Assembly: GCF_006345805.1 (NCBI RefSeq)
Contig: NC_042997.1
Span: forward strand, 86,552,001 to 86,616,000
Origin: Octopus sinensis
Lineage: Eukaryota
Direction: 5' to 3'
DNA: 64,000 nt
The notes under the pieces are model-generated. The model ran no database searches. It was not told where the DNA came from and worked only from the letters and a program-made list of their open reading frames with translations. Below, piece after piece: positions 1 to 14,402 of this stretch; within the stretch, counting starts at the first letter, position 1; each line of letters begins with the position of its first letter. The translations under genes and the position numbers were made by a program.

Positions 1-372
1 ATCGAGAAGGTGAATCACAATGACCTTTTTGCGTGCACAGTTTGTGACAGACCATGCTTTTGTTTTGCTGGGCTCAAATCTCATTTGCAAACCCATGGAA
101 AATGAACCTCCATCAATTATTCTGCCTATATATCTGTGCACACCTTTCCATGCAATGTATGCCATAAGGTCTACAAATCTAACGGAGGCCTCAAAAGACA
201 TTTTAAGATTCACAAAGATCAGAACTTATCTGCAGCTCTTGGTGGTCCAAATCAGATATATAATCTATGTGGGCGTCCTTTCAAAACACTGTCTGGTTTA
301 AAAAGCCATATCAGATGCCATGATAGTTTTAAGGTGTCGTCACTGGAGGTGGTCAAATTCTGCTTAAGGAGT
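1..372 (+). mobile_element. Decayed 3' end of a LINE (RTE-like) ORF with three C2H2 zinc fingers
   Basis: Frame 1 reads CTVCDRPCFCFAGLKSHLQTH, TGA at 103-105, CNVCHKVYKSNGGLKRHFKIH, LCGRPFKTLSGLKSHIRCH, then runs into a TA/TG microsatellite tail. C-x2-C...GL.SH.R.H termini are typical of RTE-type ORF2. Confidence 0.55.
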
Positions 373-385
373 AGACAACCACCAT

Positions 386-572
386 ATATGTGTGTGTGTA
401 TATATATATATATGTGTGTGTGTGTATGTATATATATATGTGTATATATATGTATATATATGTGTGCATATATATATGTATGTATACATACATATATATA
501 TGTGTGTACATATATATATGTATGTATACATACATATATATATGTGTGTGCATATATATATATATGTGTGTA
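386..572. repeat. Compound (TA)/(TG)/(TACA) microsatellite
   Basis: Alternating purine-pyrimidine low-complexity tract; it generates the spurious overlapping ORFs 136..692. Confidence 0.95.
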
Positions 573-705
573 CATCCAGCTGTAGAAACATTGCCAGATA
601 AGACCGGAGCCTGGTGCAGCCTTCTGGCTTCCCAGATCCCCGGTCGAACCGTGCAACCCATGCTAGCATGGAGAACGGACGTTAAACGATGATGATGATG
701 ATGAT
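573..705 (+). mobile_element. Short copy of the RTE 3' tail repeat ending in (GAT)n
   Basis: CATCCAGCTGTAGAAAC...CCCATGCTAGCATGGAGAACGGACGTTAAACGATGATG matches the 3' end of the LINE at 26731-30224. Further copies at about 2765-2935(-), 3690-3860(-), 11920-12365(+), 15750-15920(+), 18270-18590(-), 21960-22190(+), 33770-33895(-), 36975-37385(-), 50300-50440(+). Confidence 0.85.
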
Positions 706-1186
706 ATATATATATATATATATAATATAATATAAATTAGAGATAAAACCACTATTATGCAACTCAAACAATGATAGGCATAAACCAAAACATAAATAAC
801 AAATAATATATATTTTTAATAAAACATACAACTTATAACTAGAGTATAAAATGAATGATCAATATATAATATAACAAGTAAAAAAAACTATGTACGTTTC
901 ATGGCTATAATTAAATTGAAATAAATTCGATTTAAAATTATAGTCAATCTTCAGGTTAATGATAATAGTTAAATATAAGCAAATAGAGTTAAACGATATT
1001 TATTTGAAAAATAAATAAAATAGTAATTTTTCTTATTGAAGAAAAAAACTCCACTGACTAAATTAGAAACTTAAAACATTAGGATTATTTCCTACAACAC
1101 ATTTATTATGTTAAATATTTAATTTTAATGTAAAAAAATAGATAGAAATATGTATTTATCTTTGAAGATATAATTTGGCTTTAAAA

Positions 1187-1377
1187 ATACAGACAAGTTT
1201 GCCACACCTTTTTGGACACTCAAAGCATAAAAGAATAAAATACTAGAACGAATACCATGAGATAATTTGTCTAAAATTCTAACAAGATTTTAGACAAAAT
1301 ATCTCATGGTATTCATTCTAATATTTTATTCTTTTATGCTTTGAGTGTCCAAAAAGGTGTGGCAAACTTGTCTGTAT
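1187..1377. repeat. Foldback hairpin, 91-bp arms and 9-nt loop; probable Tc1/mariner-type MITE (TA|CAG...CTG|TA)
   Basis: Arms 1187-1277 and 1287-1377 are reverse complements with 3 mismatches; TA flanks at 1188-1189 and 1375-1376. Confidence 0.9.
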
Positions 1378-4281
1378 CTGACAAGATGGCATCTTGAAAG
1401 GAGGCAACAGAAAATCACACCTGAATTTCTTTTTGCTTTGTCTTTTACTTGTTTCAGTCATTAGACTGTAGCCATGCTGGGGCACTACATGAAAGATTCA
1501 GTTTCTTTTGACGAGCTGCTAAGTAGTAGGGATATAAACAAACCCATATGGTTGTTAGTGAAGGGGGGACAAACACAAATATACACAACAAACACCCAAA
1601 ACAGGCTTCTACACAGTTTCCATTGACCAAATTCACTTATGTGTTGGTTGGGGGTTAAAGTAGAAAACACATGGCTGCAAAGTTAGCTTCTTAACCAAAC
1701 AGCTATGCCTATGCCTGCATGAATAGTCATACCAGTGTCTATACAATTATACCTGCCCACAAAAATTGTATGATAATTACATAGTATTTATCAAGGAAAT
1801 CATCAGAGGATCATTTGTTGATATAATAATGCAGAAAGAAAACACATGCCTAAATTGCTGCACAGTGGGATTGAAGCAATAACCATATGATTGAGAAGTC
1901 AACTTCTTAAAAGGTAGTCATATTTCAATTTATTTAAGTTATAATTTCAGTATTTAAGAAAAAAAAAAAAAAAAACATTTTAAATGCTGAAGTATCTTTT
2001 ATTTGATCAGTCAACTTGGTAGAAATAGCAGCCAAAAATATCTTTCAAATACACTTTGATGTCTCAAAAGTAAAATAAATATGGGAAAAAACATTGGGTA
2101 ATGTGGTTCTTGATCATAGATCTGCTTGATCTGGAGCTAAGCAGGAACAATTGCAATCTTCCAACTCATTTAACATCTGCCTTCCATGCTGGCATAAGTG
2201 GGACAAATTATTTATTATTATTTACAAATGGCATGGGTGTGTGAATAAAAATGTCAAACTGTTACTTCCTGAGTAGGAGCTGATATCAATGAAACACAGC
2301 ATGGTTAAGTGGTTAAAAAGTTAACTTCACAATCATGAGGTTATGGGTTTGACCCCACTATGTGACATCAAGGGTAAATGTCATTTATCATAGTCTTGAG
2401 GTGACCCAAGCCTTGTGAGTGAAATTGGGAAGATAGAAACTGTGTGAAAGCCTGTCAGGTAGACTGTACCAGTAATTTAACATGTTTCAACATTTTCATA
2501 GTCATACTGATTCTAACTGAGAATTATGTCAAGAGTATATGTATCTGTGGAATACTCAGCCACTTAAATGCTAATTCAATGAGTAGGCCATTCTGTTTGG
2601 TCAAACAACTACATGCTAATTGTTGAAATTAATGGAGAATTATTACCTGATGTCAGCTGTACAAGTTTCACCGTCTTTGGGTACTTAATTTGTTTCAGAT
2701 TTTGTAGGGAAGAATTCTAGTCAGGAGAGGAACTCCAAACTGGAAAAAAAATATACTCCATATATTATCAGCAATTAACATCTGTTTTCCATGCTGGCAT
2801 GGGTTGGAGGGTTTGACAAAGAGCTGATAAGGCTGGAAGCTGCACCAGGCTCCCTTGTCTGTTTTGGCATGGTTTCTACAGCTTGATGCCCTTCCTAATG
2901 CCAACTACTTTACAGAGTGTACTGGGTGCATTTTATGTAGCACCAGCACACACACAGGAGTGTATGTGTGTGTATGTAAATCTCGATTTTCTATCTTTCT
3001 GATTTTTTAGTAAATTAAATATATTAAATAAGGCACTGCAAGATGAACAAAAGATTCTCATCAGCAAAATGCTCAGGTTTTGAGAAATAACCACTCTCAC
3101 TTCACACATTTCAATAAATATGATTCATCACAAAATGTTTTACAATTAATCCCAGAACACCTCTCCAGCTCTAAGCAACAAATTCGTTGATCTGAAGCAA
3201 ATGAGCTTCCTTTCTTGGATTTCTCAACCCTTTCTCTTTAACTGACAAAATAATGACTGCCTGGCTAAAATGGAGTTTGACTAAATTGACAAGCTAATGG
3301 ACATAACAAATGATGACAGGATGAAACTGATCCTTGCTTTAAAACAACACTTCATGTGGATGGAACCCTAAAATGATGGCAAATATAACAAATGAGCTAC
3401 AAAGGCCCAACAAATGTTTCTGACCTTTCCAGTGGCATAACTTAGTTAGATATGTCTTTAATGCTGTAATGGATACATTGACTAAAAAAGGAGGATGTCT
3501 AAACATTTGTTAATCATGGAGATCTTTGAGCAAAACTAACTGGATTTGTTTCATGATTTTCTAGTTTAGTTATTCTGTGTGCAGACAAAAGTTGGCATCA
3601 AATTAAATGGAAGTTTTGTGCTGCAAGGATTTCAGTACTTCAATATTTTTTTCTTTGGGTGATAAAAATGCACTTTTGACTTGGCATGTAAACACACTCA
3701 TTACTCTCTCGGAGTAGTTGGCATTAGGAAGGGCATCTAGCCATGCCAAATCAGACTGGAGTCTGGTGTAGCCTTCCAGTTTGCCAGCCCTGGTCAAACT
3801 GTCTAACCCATGCCAGTATGGACAATGGACGTTAAATGATGATGATGATGATGATGATGATGATAGTTGAATATTAAATAACATAGAAATTTTATGATCC
3901 GCTGAAATAAGGATTTTTTTCCCCCATTTAATAAAAGAATTAATTTTCTTTATCAAAGTTTCAATTATTACTACCAAAAAAAGTGTAGTGGTAAAAAAAA
4001 TTATCGGATGGCAATTCAAGACAGGGAGAAAATGATAAAATCTGAGATTAGAAAAGGAATGTGGCCAGGGACTCTGAAAATCTCTAACCTAGTCACTTGA
4101 ATGCCATAATCTCATTTTATAACCACTATTTTGTCCACTTAGTTGAAACAGACATAAAACACACATAAACATACTCCACTACATTGATCCCAAATTCTCT
4201 GCTGGATTGCTGTATAAATCTAGCACATCTGACATAGAAATTGAGTGTTAAAAGTTATGGCAGTAGATTTATGTCTTTCAT

Positions 4282-4359
4282 TTACAGACATAAGATCTTA
4301 TTTCGAGAGTTTTCAAAAACTTCCAACATGCTTTCCAGATCTTGTTCAGCATCCAAAAC
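4282..4359 (-). CDS. TK2: TK2 exon 10 (VLDAEQDLESMLEVFENSRNKILCL-stop)
   Basis: ttttttttctag acceptor; TAA at 4284-4282. PolyA site not identified. Confidence 0.93.
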   Translation of the reverse strand, partial: VLDAEQDLESMLEVFENSRNKILCL

Positions 4360-6723
4360 CTAGAAAAAAAAAATGAAGAAATATTTGTATTAATTGAAAA
4401 CTGAAAAGTAAAGAAAGTTTATACAATAGGAAAAAACAATATAAACAGGTGTCTGAGTGAATGCATATATAAATGTGTGTGATTGTGGTAACCCAGTATG
4501 ACTGCAATCCAATGCATGAAAAAAGTAAAAACAATTCACAGGATTATGTACACAGACACAGACACACACACACACAACATACGTACCAGGACTTCTGCAT
4601 GTTTTCCATAACAACCACGTATGAGCCACTCTTCTTGTTGTTCATGTAAAGATTGGAGATATTCCTAGAAATGAATTTATAAATAAAAGATTAAGACACA
4701 AAAGTAAAAATATATAGATGTTAAATATGCATTGCAGAAACAGAATTGTCATAAATAAAAGGTTCTTCAGATTAATTTTTCAGAGAACTACTAAAAAGGT
4801 TACCTTTTCTTCACCTGGTTTTTCCCCCAAAGTTAGGAATGTTTAAATTAATTTGTATGACTATCCCTTTCTGTAAAGGAAAATGGTCTTTGACTAAAGA
4901 GTTGGTTGCTTAACCTGCAAGAATTATCAACCAAGTATATCGCTGCGTTTTATCCCCTCTTTTGCTCTTTTCTAATGAGTTGTAGTGCAATTGAACACTG
5001 TATACAATAAGTTCATTATTGCTATTACTACTATTAACTTAATTGTCAATTATATTTACTATTAAGGTGATGAGCTGGCAGAATCATTAGCATACCAGGC
5101 AAAATGCTTAGCAGTATTTCATCCAACTTTATGTTCTGAGTTCAAATTCTGCCAAGGTTAATTTTGCCTTTCACTATTATGGAGTCAATAAAATAAGTAT
5201 TAGTTGAGTATTGAGATTGATAGTAATTGATTTACCCCCACCTCCAAAATTGCTAGCCTTGTGCTAGAATTTGAAATCAATTATCTTTACTATTCCATTG
5301 ACCTGTACTTCAATTCCTGGGCCAGTCAAACAGTATATATGTTGGTTCAGGTGACATTACATGTAGGGGAACAACTAAAAAGATAATATCCCTGCTATGG
5401 ACAATAAAATAAAATTTTAAAATCCACTCCTGGGAATGAATAAAGGGTTCAGTTAAAAATTCGGGGAACATTACTAAATTATGAAACATCTAAAAGTGGC
5501 TGGGACATACAACTGCTAAAATATTGTGACTGACTATAACAACCAAGATGAGAACACTACTCCAAATATGTCCATGTGTAAGAATAGAATCATCTTCTGC
5601 TAATATTAGTAAAACAGATAGAGATTTTAAAGTGCCAATCAGCCTATCAGTCAGAATCAGAAGTGACACAAATAATAAAAAATGAAAACATATTACTGAA
5701 ATAAAATTACAAACCAAAGTTATATTTAGTTCCTCTTTTCTATTTCGTTTCTTAATTCTTTCAAGTGCTGTTTCTGGATGGCATCTAAGATAAACTGGAA
5801 TAGCAAAAATGTTTAATAAAATTAAATGTTAAATACTGTAATAAACTAAAATTCTATGCAGAGTTTTTTAAAACTATTCTCACTACATTAACTATGGTAA
5901 CAATGACTTTACTACAGGTCAGAGTTAGTTCACTGCAAACTAAAATATTGCCTTTCAAATCTGTTTTTCAATACAAAGGGGAAATGGTAAGATTGCAGGA
6001 TTTGAATTTTAGAAAAAAACAACAAAACACCAGAGTAATGGACCAAATATCTTTATAACTCTAGGTTTTGATTTCAAAATCCAACTGAGGTCAACTTTGG
6101 ATTTTTACTCCTCTTATCACACAAGACAAAATCAATATTGGTTGATGCAATCAACAGTAACACAGTATCTTTAACAGTTAACATGTAGTTATGCCAATGA
6201 ATGGGCAGGGACAAGGTAGATAAAGTAGAGCTCTAACCAAAACACTTTTGAGCATCTATTTTGCAGTTCTTCATTTGAGATGATTGGATTCCATCTTTCT
6301 TTACTCCAGTGTCAATAAAACCAACTACTTATCATGTACTGGAGTTGAATCAACCAATACACCCACCCACCCATCAAATATGTGGCCTTGTCTCCAACTA
6401 AGAAATCATTATTAATTTCTCCACATGAAAGGAGGAAGAGGAGGAGGTTGTTATCATCATCATCATCATCATCATTTAATATTCACTTTTACATGCCTAC
6501 ATGGGTCAAGCAGAGTATATTTGAGGCAGATTTTATACAGCTGGATACCCTTCCTATCACCAACCCTCACCTGTTTCCAAGCAAGCTAATATTTCCCCAT
6601 GGCCAGACATATTTTTCCAGAATATTGGGAAAGAATGACACTGCTTGTATGACAGTGACACTCATTTACAACAACTATCACACAATGCCAAGACAAGGAT
6701 ACATGTACATGCAATCAAACTAT

Positions 6724-6756
<33 letters not shown>

Positions 6757-9700
6757 TATATATATATGTAACAAGGATGTCCAGATATCAATAAATTACA
6801 GCCATTTAAAGCAGCTCCATTTAATTGATCAATGAAAACATTACATCAATTTGAAAGAAACTGCTCTCCTCAGTTGTAGATGACCATATAGATTTCCAAC
6901 AAAAAGGATAAACCATTTTTAACAAATTTATATCAACACTAAAAACCAAAATAATTACATTGTTTCCTTATGTTATATTTGTGGCAGAATCTGCCACCTA
7001 CTGGATATAGCAAACATACATTTCTAAATACCAATAAAGGAGATGTAAACCACAATGGAAAGCAACAAGTACAGCCAAACTGTGATAGTAGAAATGATTA
7101 TGATATAGCTAACATGGTAACACTGTCAGAAAATGAAGTCAGAACTGCCATATATACAAATAAATATAAATGCTCATGCAGAGAGAAATCAAAATGCCCA
7201 CTGACGAACCTCTGTATGAGTACAAATCTTGAGCATAAATGTACTGTGCACACAAGGGGAAGATCATATGTTTACATTGGGCAAATGGCCAATTGATTTA
7301 AGAATCATTATTGCAACGATGTTGCCAGCTTGAAGAGAATCAATAAGAGACATTTAACATCTTTGGCTGATTTTGTGTGGCAACTGAAGGAAGATAAAAT
7401 TAAGCATAGCATAACTTGTCCATAGTATGGCACGTAAAACTATACAATATCATTTCCAGGAGATGCCATCTCTGCTCCAAGGAATCCCTGTCTATGCATG
7501 TAATTGGGAAGCAAGCTTCTTACTTCACGGTCATGCCTGAGCTATGTTTCACTACATATCTTTATGTTTCAAGCTAAAAATTTTACCAGTTTTTATTTTG
7601 TCTACTAGCTCAACATAGTCAGTTCACAAGTATTAGAAACATACAGAGATCAGTGCAACAGAATATATTCAATTCCCTAGAAATTTGTGATCATGTACCA
7701 AGTTATAAATCAGATACAATTAATTCTGTCAAAAGATTATAAGATCAGTACAAAAATATAATAACTTACTAATTCGATCAACATGAAAGTCAAGATGGTT
7801 GGTAGCCCAGTTAAACCACTCAGTTAAAACTTCATAGTCCACACTTGGCATTAAACCACTGTCAGAAAGAGAATTAACAAACATGAAACACAGCACAATG
7901 GTAACATTAAATAACAAGTTATTGTACTTATTGGTTTTACAGTGGTATTTGAATGGATTATTTCATATTCTTACTGATTAGCCTCATCCTTCATCAAGCA
8001 AATCTGATATTCTAGCCTTTATCACCCATCTTTTTCAATGACAAAATCAAATGTGTGGTTCCTATTCCAAGATGGCAGAGTGTGATCTAATGGTAATTTG
8101 ACTGTTATTCATAGAAGAATGAGCAACCACAAAGAGTATTGCCTAATTCTCATTGTTGATGCTTAAAATGACAATAGGGTGTCTGGATCAGTAAAGCATT
8201 AAGTTGAATGACATACAAAAATCAATTTTTAATTCTACACAAGTTGATTTTGTCTATCTTCCTTCCAGGATCAATACAATAAGTATGAGATAGGTTTGTT
8301 AAAGCTGGTCAAACCACTACCATACACATCTACAACATCATAACACTGTGAGAAATAATTATTCATTGTCGTTCTTAAGGTGGAGGAATGACATAAACAC
8401 TTCAACAACACAGGACCAAATGCTGTGCAGCTTTTAGTTTCTATCCTCCATTGTGGTTGTACTTGATTTCAGTCTTCATATATTAATAACATAAGTACTA
8501 GTAATATACTGAGCTCAACTGAACTGCAGTAGGTTCAATTTATATAAATTTATTCTTCAGCTGGGACTGATCAAAGAATAAATTTAATGTAAATGTAGAC
8601 ATTGGATACATAAGGTCTGGAAAAGAAAAAGGTGAGCTTTAACCCTTTGGTGTTCGCATTATTCTACCAAAATTAATGCTTTTTCATCCACATTGTCTTG
8701 AACTAATCATGCATTATCTTGTAGCTTTGAGATTTTGATGAGGTAGCTGTTAATTTTTAAAACGATATTGTAGGGTTGGTGTGAGAGACCAGATCTGGCC
8801 ATTTTGAACATAAAACAGGCAGAATACTTTTGGCCAGATATGGCCGGTTTAAATGCTAAAGGGTTAAACCCACCACATCATTCATAAAGTGATTAGTAAG
8901 AGATATACATTCAAGTACCTTCATAAACCACAATTTTTTTTCACTATTTATCAAAATATCCCACCCATTTTATGTTCACATTTACATTTAATATTAGAGA
9001 AATGTAGGTGTAAGCTGAAAAAAAGTGTAGAGAGCTGAATCAAATCTTTATTATATTTAGTTTCATACTTCAATGCTCTGAGTTTAAACCTTGTTATAAT
9101 TAGGTCTGTCTTTCATTCTGCCAAGATCAATAAAACAAATATTCATTATAAAATAGAATTCATTCCCAAGAAATGTAACTTTTTCGACTGATAACTGTCA
9201 ATCTATTGCACCCAGTTCAAACATCTCAAAATGCAGTGAAGACAGTTGCAAACAAACTCCTTCATAATTTTGAATCTCTCTCTCTCTCACTTTTCACTGA
9301 ACATCAGTATGGTTTCTGTAGTATCAAAGTAAGTGAAACTTGCTCTCGTTTGTCATATATCAGTAAGAATTTCAGTAAAAGTGGGAAAAGCAAATTACAT
9401 TAGCAAAGCATCAAGCCATGTCTAGCATAAGAACTTTGTAGATAAGCTGTCTACCTATGGGCTTTATAAATCACACACCTCTTCAATCGGAAGTTTCCTA
9501 ACAGATCACTCAGTTGCCACTGTCAGGGTTTACTCTGAAATATTCTGTCCCTTCTGGTGTACCCCAGAGTTCAGTTATATTGCCATTAGTTTTCTTTCTG
9601 TAAATTGACAACTCATTCGATCTTTCTTCTAATCACATACATACACATGCAGCTGATTTCACCTGTCATTTCTTTCTCAGTTTGTACAAAAGATTTAATC

Positions 9701-12700
9701 CATAATCGACCTCCTCATCTCATATCTTGTTCACAGTGTTTCCAGAATAATGTAAACCCATGATTCTTCAACAGAATACTTCAACACAAATACACAATTA
9801 TGACACATACAAGGGAAAATGTCTTGCATTACATCCTCCATGCTTATAACCAAACAGCTAAAGCTTTCAGATTTACTTTAAATGACAATCCTTAGAATCT
9901 TTGATAATCTTTTAAAGCAATTTTACATATACAATATTGCCAAAACTATAAATAAACCTGGTTCCTTCGGGGATGGCAAAAATATTTCAGCTTGATCAGT
10001 TGGTAACCTTCTCCACAAAAGCAAGGTGCAACTCACAAGAAAGTTCTGTAACTGAACTCAACTATCTTACACAGCAATCAAAAGAAAACCATTTGACAAG
10101 CTTATTCAAACAGATGAGGATAAAAAAAGGGTTTCAAAGTAGAAAATGTTGCATGAACTACCTTTTGTACAAATTCTCTACAAAAACATATTTTGCACTA
10201 TAAATAGACCTCTCCATCATTTGTACTGGTTTGGCCTGGAAAAAAAAATAGATGAATTACTTAGAAATGAAAATCTAAGTAATATATATAAAAAAAAAAA
10301 CGTTTGCACAAAGAGCTTAGTTTAGCAAATATGCTTCAATTTTGTGGACAGATTTTAATCAGCAAAATAAAAGTGATTAATATTTATCTCTTGTACAGGT
10401 GCAAAAGACAAAGGCAAGTTTTATCATCAGAGGTATACATCAATGAAAGGTATAACCAATGAGTGATCAAACTTTCTGACTATTCGTTAGATAATGAAGT
10501 AGATAGTTTTTGTAAACCAGGTGACTAAATCCAGTAGTAGCTAGAGGAACAGAGAAGTGAAAGATATTCAAGGTGGAAATGTTTCTGCTTGTTTCCTTCC
10601 ACATCTTTCTTTGTCTTCCTGATACTGAAAGTTAAGCATGAATGGTAAGGACAAGTGGTGTCACAGGACTGGAAGGAAACAATTACATGACAGTTAGCAA
10701 GGTAGGTTATTAAAAACTTTGTAACTTAAATATTAAGTTTGGCATCAAAAACTTGCAGCAAGTGTGAAGCATATTTAGTATTTACTTACAGATTTACTCA
10801 TATGATTTTGTAGCATTGTGAGTTGGACATAAGACTGGAAAGTAAATCCCCAACGATAAGGGTCCTTGTACATCAGATCCTGAAAAGATGAGAATAAGAA
10901 ATTACAAAATACTGCAAGTTATAAATGACTAAGTTATTTGGATGCCTGCCTACCTACTACCACAAGTTCATGGCAAATGCATTGGACACTCCTTTAACTC
11001 TTTAACATTTAAGCCAGCTATGTCCAGCCTTAATATTCTACTTGTTTTATGTTTAAATCAGCCAAATTTGGCCTATCACATGTATCCTACTATGTCATTC
11101 TAAAAAATAAACAATGAGGACATCAAAATCTTGAATCTACAATATAAACCATAATTAATTGAAAACAATGTGACTAAATAAGCATTACATGTGGCAGAGT
11201 AATCTGAATGCTAAAGGGTTAATAAACCCAGTTCATCTTGCCATAATTAGACATCTTGAAGTGAAAACACTTTAGTTCAGAAGCAGTATAAAGTAGCTTT
11301 CATTAGCCTGGAGTTCTGAACTTAAACTGTTCCAATAGGTATAACATGAGCCAAATATGCACCCTGTTGAAAAGGGGAAATGTCCCCCCTACCCCAACCC
11401 AGTCATTTTGTACAGATGAAATAAGAAGCTAAAACTGAAATATTTTAACACATAAGCTGCAAATGATGAAAAGTAGGTGGGGAAAGAAAAGAAATAATTT
11501 TTTAAAAATCCAATAAAAAGTAGAAAAGGAATTTAAAATTATGGATATATTCATTTTCTCTCAAAGAAGTGTTTCACACCAAAATGTATAATTTTCAACA
11601 TATATCACTTCAAAAGACACTAAAATATTCCTTTATTCTTTTTTTTGCTTTCCTCATTCTCACTGCATACTTTTTAATGCTCACTACATTAAATGTATTA
11701 ATACAGACATATTTATAGTTAAAGCTAAGGCAGCTGTCTATATCTGACTATAAGAGTACAAGAATACTTGCTCCATCAATATGGAAGTTCTTCAGATGCA
11801 ACTTCTTCAGAGAACTGCAATAAATTTATTGTGCTACATATTACAGTCATTTGTCTATGTAAACATTATTTTATTATTACTTTTCAGTGGCTTAGTTCTA
11901 CATACAGTATCGGAATCAAATTCAATGACTGGCATCCGTGCTAGTGAGCGCTAAGAGCACCATCCGAGCGTGATCGTTGCCACAGCAGCTAACTGGCTTC
12001 TGTGCCAGTGGAACATAAAAAGCACCATTTGAGTGTGACTGTTATCAGTATCACCTTACTGGCACGAGAAAAAACATTCGTGCAAGGTCATTGCCAGTGC
12101 TGCTGGACTGACTCCTGTGCAGGTGGTACATAAAAAACACCATTTGAGTGTGGCCGTTGCCAGTACCACCTGACTGGCCTCGTGCCGGTGGCATGTAAAA
12201 GCACCCACTATACTCTTGGAGTGGTTGGTATTAGGAAGGGCATCCAGCTGTAGAAACTGCCAGAAAGATTGGAGCCTGGTACAGCCATCTGGTTTGCCAG
12301 TCCTCAGTCAAATTGTCCAACCCATGCTAGCATGGAAAGCGGACGTTAAACGATGATGATGATGAAGTAGGGAGGTAGTCACCTTCAAATCAGAGGCCCT
12401 AATGCTTGGAAGAGTGTAGTCTCCACCAAAGGTACATAAAATTATGTGGTGATACACCAAACAAGATTTAACTCTACCACCCAATATACCTCTGTTCACT
12501 ATACTTGTTGGCTGTTGATATTTGTTGCCAGTGAATGCACACTAACAAGAAATCTCTTCATAGTAGAATTTTAAATATTTATTGTAGAAAATTATCTTTT
12601 GTAAATAAAAGGAATGTTCAAGGAATAATACAACTATGTTTTTACAGAAATATTTTTTTTATGGTTATCTGAAAATTCACAGTCAAAGTAATGAAAAAGT

Positions 12701-12712
12701 TTGGACATATCC

Positions 12713-12759
<47 letters not shown>

Positions 12760-14360
12760 TTTTGCTTGTTTCAGAGGCTGTGGCTGTACTGAGGTATCAC
12801 CATTCATATATATATATATTGTTCATATATGTCAAAATGGATATTAATTTGACTAGATTTTCTTGAAATAAAAAACTTTCAAAGAAAAGTAAAGATATTG
12901 GTTAAAAGTTTAAACTTTACCAGCATATTATGACCATTTACATTCTGCCATTTCTTGACATGTTCAGAGATAATCTAAAAAAATAAATAAGAATAAAAAA
13001 GGATTTTTAAAAATCTAAAATTCCTTTTGTACACAAAAGTGTACAATATGTGTGTGTGAAGTGATACACACACAGAATTAATATGTAAATATTCCTATAT
13101 ATGTATATACTACACACACACATGGGTTGGACAAAATAATGGAAACACCTAGCATCATAGCATAATAATTTTGAAATATCCATAAAACCATCAAATGCTT
13201 GTTTATTTTTATGTTTTTTGATTTACTATTAGTGTTGCTTAATATGTTTTGCTAAAATTGCTGTTTCTTTTCCGATATCATCAGAAAAAGGTAAATAAAA
13301 TTCATTAAAATGACAGATCTATCAAACTTTCAAAGAGGTCAAATTGTTGGTGCTTGTATGGCAGGTGCTAGCATAAAAAAAAAGCAGCTGCAATGTTTGG
13401 TGTATCAAGAAGTACTTTCTTGAAAGTAATGACAGCCTTTGAGAAAGAGGGAAAAACCTCCTTGTCAAAACAAAACTCTAGAGGAAAACCAAAACTTTCA
13501 GATACTCTTAGGCGAATTGTTAGAAAGGATCACAAAAGTACAGCTCCCAAAATTACTGCAGAGCTTAATGACCACCTCAAGAACCCAGTTTCCACAAAAG
13601 CTATTTGCTGGGAGTTGCACAAAGCTGGATTTCAGAGGAGGGCTGAAATCAGAAAACCACAACTTTCAAAAACAAAAGTTGCAAAGCATTTAGAGTTGAG
13701 TAAAAACCTATGGAATTGGTCCCTAGAGCAGTGGGAAAATTTTCTTTTCTTGGAAGAGTCATCCTTTACCTTATTTCTGACCACCGGCCGCGTATACATG
13801 TGGAGACAGCCAAAAGAAGCATTTGACCCTGACTGTCTTCTTTCAAATGTTAAACACGGAAGATGATCTGGGGAGGTTATATCTAGGAAATCCGCTGGCC
13901 CAGTGGTTACCTTACATGGCAGAATTAACAGTCAAGACTATTTAAACATTTTATCTGATCAAATTCCTCCTATGGTTGCAGAACTGCTTCTGGAGGGAAA
14001 CGCAATCTTTCAGGATGATAATGCACCAATTCACACAGCTAAAGTTATTACTGAATGGCATGAGGTACATTCTCGTGAAGTTAAACATCTTACCTGGCCA
14101 CCACATTCCCCAGATCTCAATATTATTGAACATTTATGGGGCATTTTAGAAAAACAGGTAAGGAGTCGATATCATCCGCCAAGAACTGAAGACTGTTTTA
14201 GCTGCAGAATGGACAAAAATTCCTTTGGAAGCAAGTCAAACTTTGTACATCTCCATACCTTGTAGAATTCAAGCTGTAATTACTGCCAAAGGCAGTACTA
14301 CCCCATATTAAAATAAATTTGTTCAAACTTTTAACATGTTTCCATTATTTTGTCCAACCC

Positions 14361-14402
<42 letters not shown>

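Noticed and set aside
1-372. Host C2H2 zinc-finger gene
   Set aside because: In-frame stop, no TGEKP linkers, and it runs straight into a microsatellite tail; better explained as a LINE terminus, though the upstream part is outside the window.
136-692. Cluster of overlapping 70-150 aa ORFs rich in Y/I/C/V/H/T
   Set aside because: Translations of a TA/TG microsatellite; only the zinc-finger part before about 372 is meaningful.
5066-5150. tRNA genes at SINE heads (also 57981, 19820-19900)
   Set aside because: A/B boxes are present but there is no intact cloverleaf, and each continues into a SINE body.
8553-8636. Antisense exon-like segments within TK2 introns (also about 10399-10432)
   Set aside because: AG/GT pairs of this quality arise by chance in AT-rich DNA; the first has stops in all frames and nothing links them.
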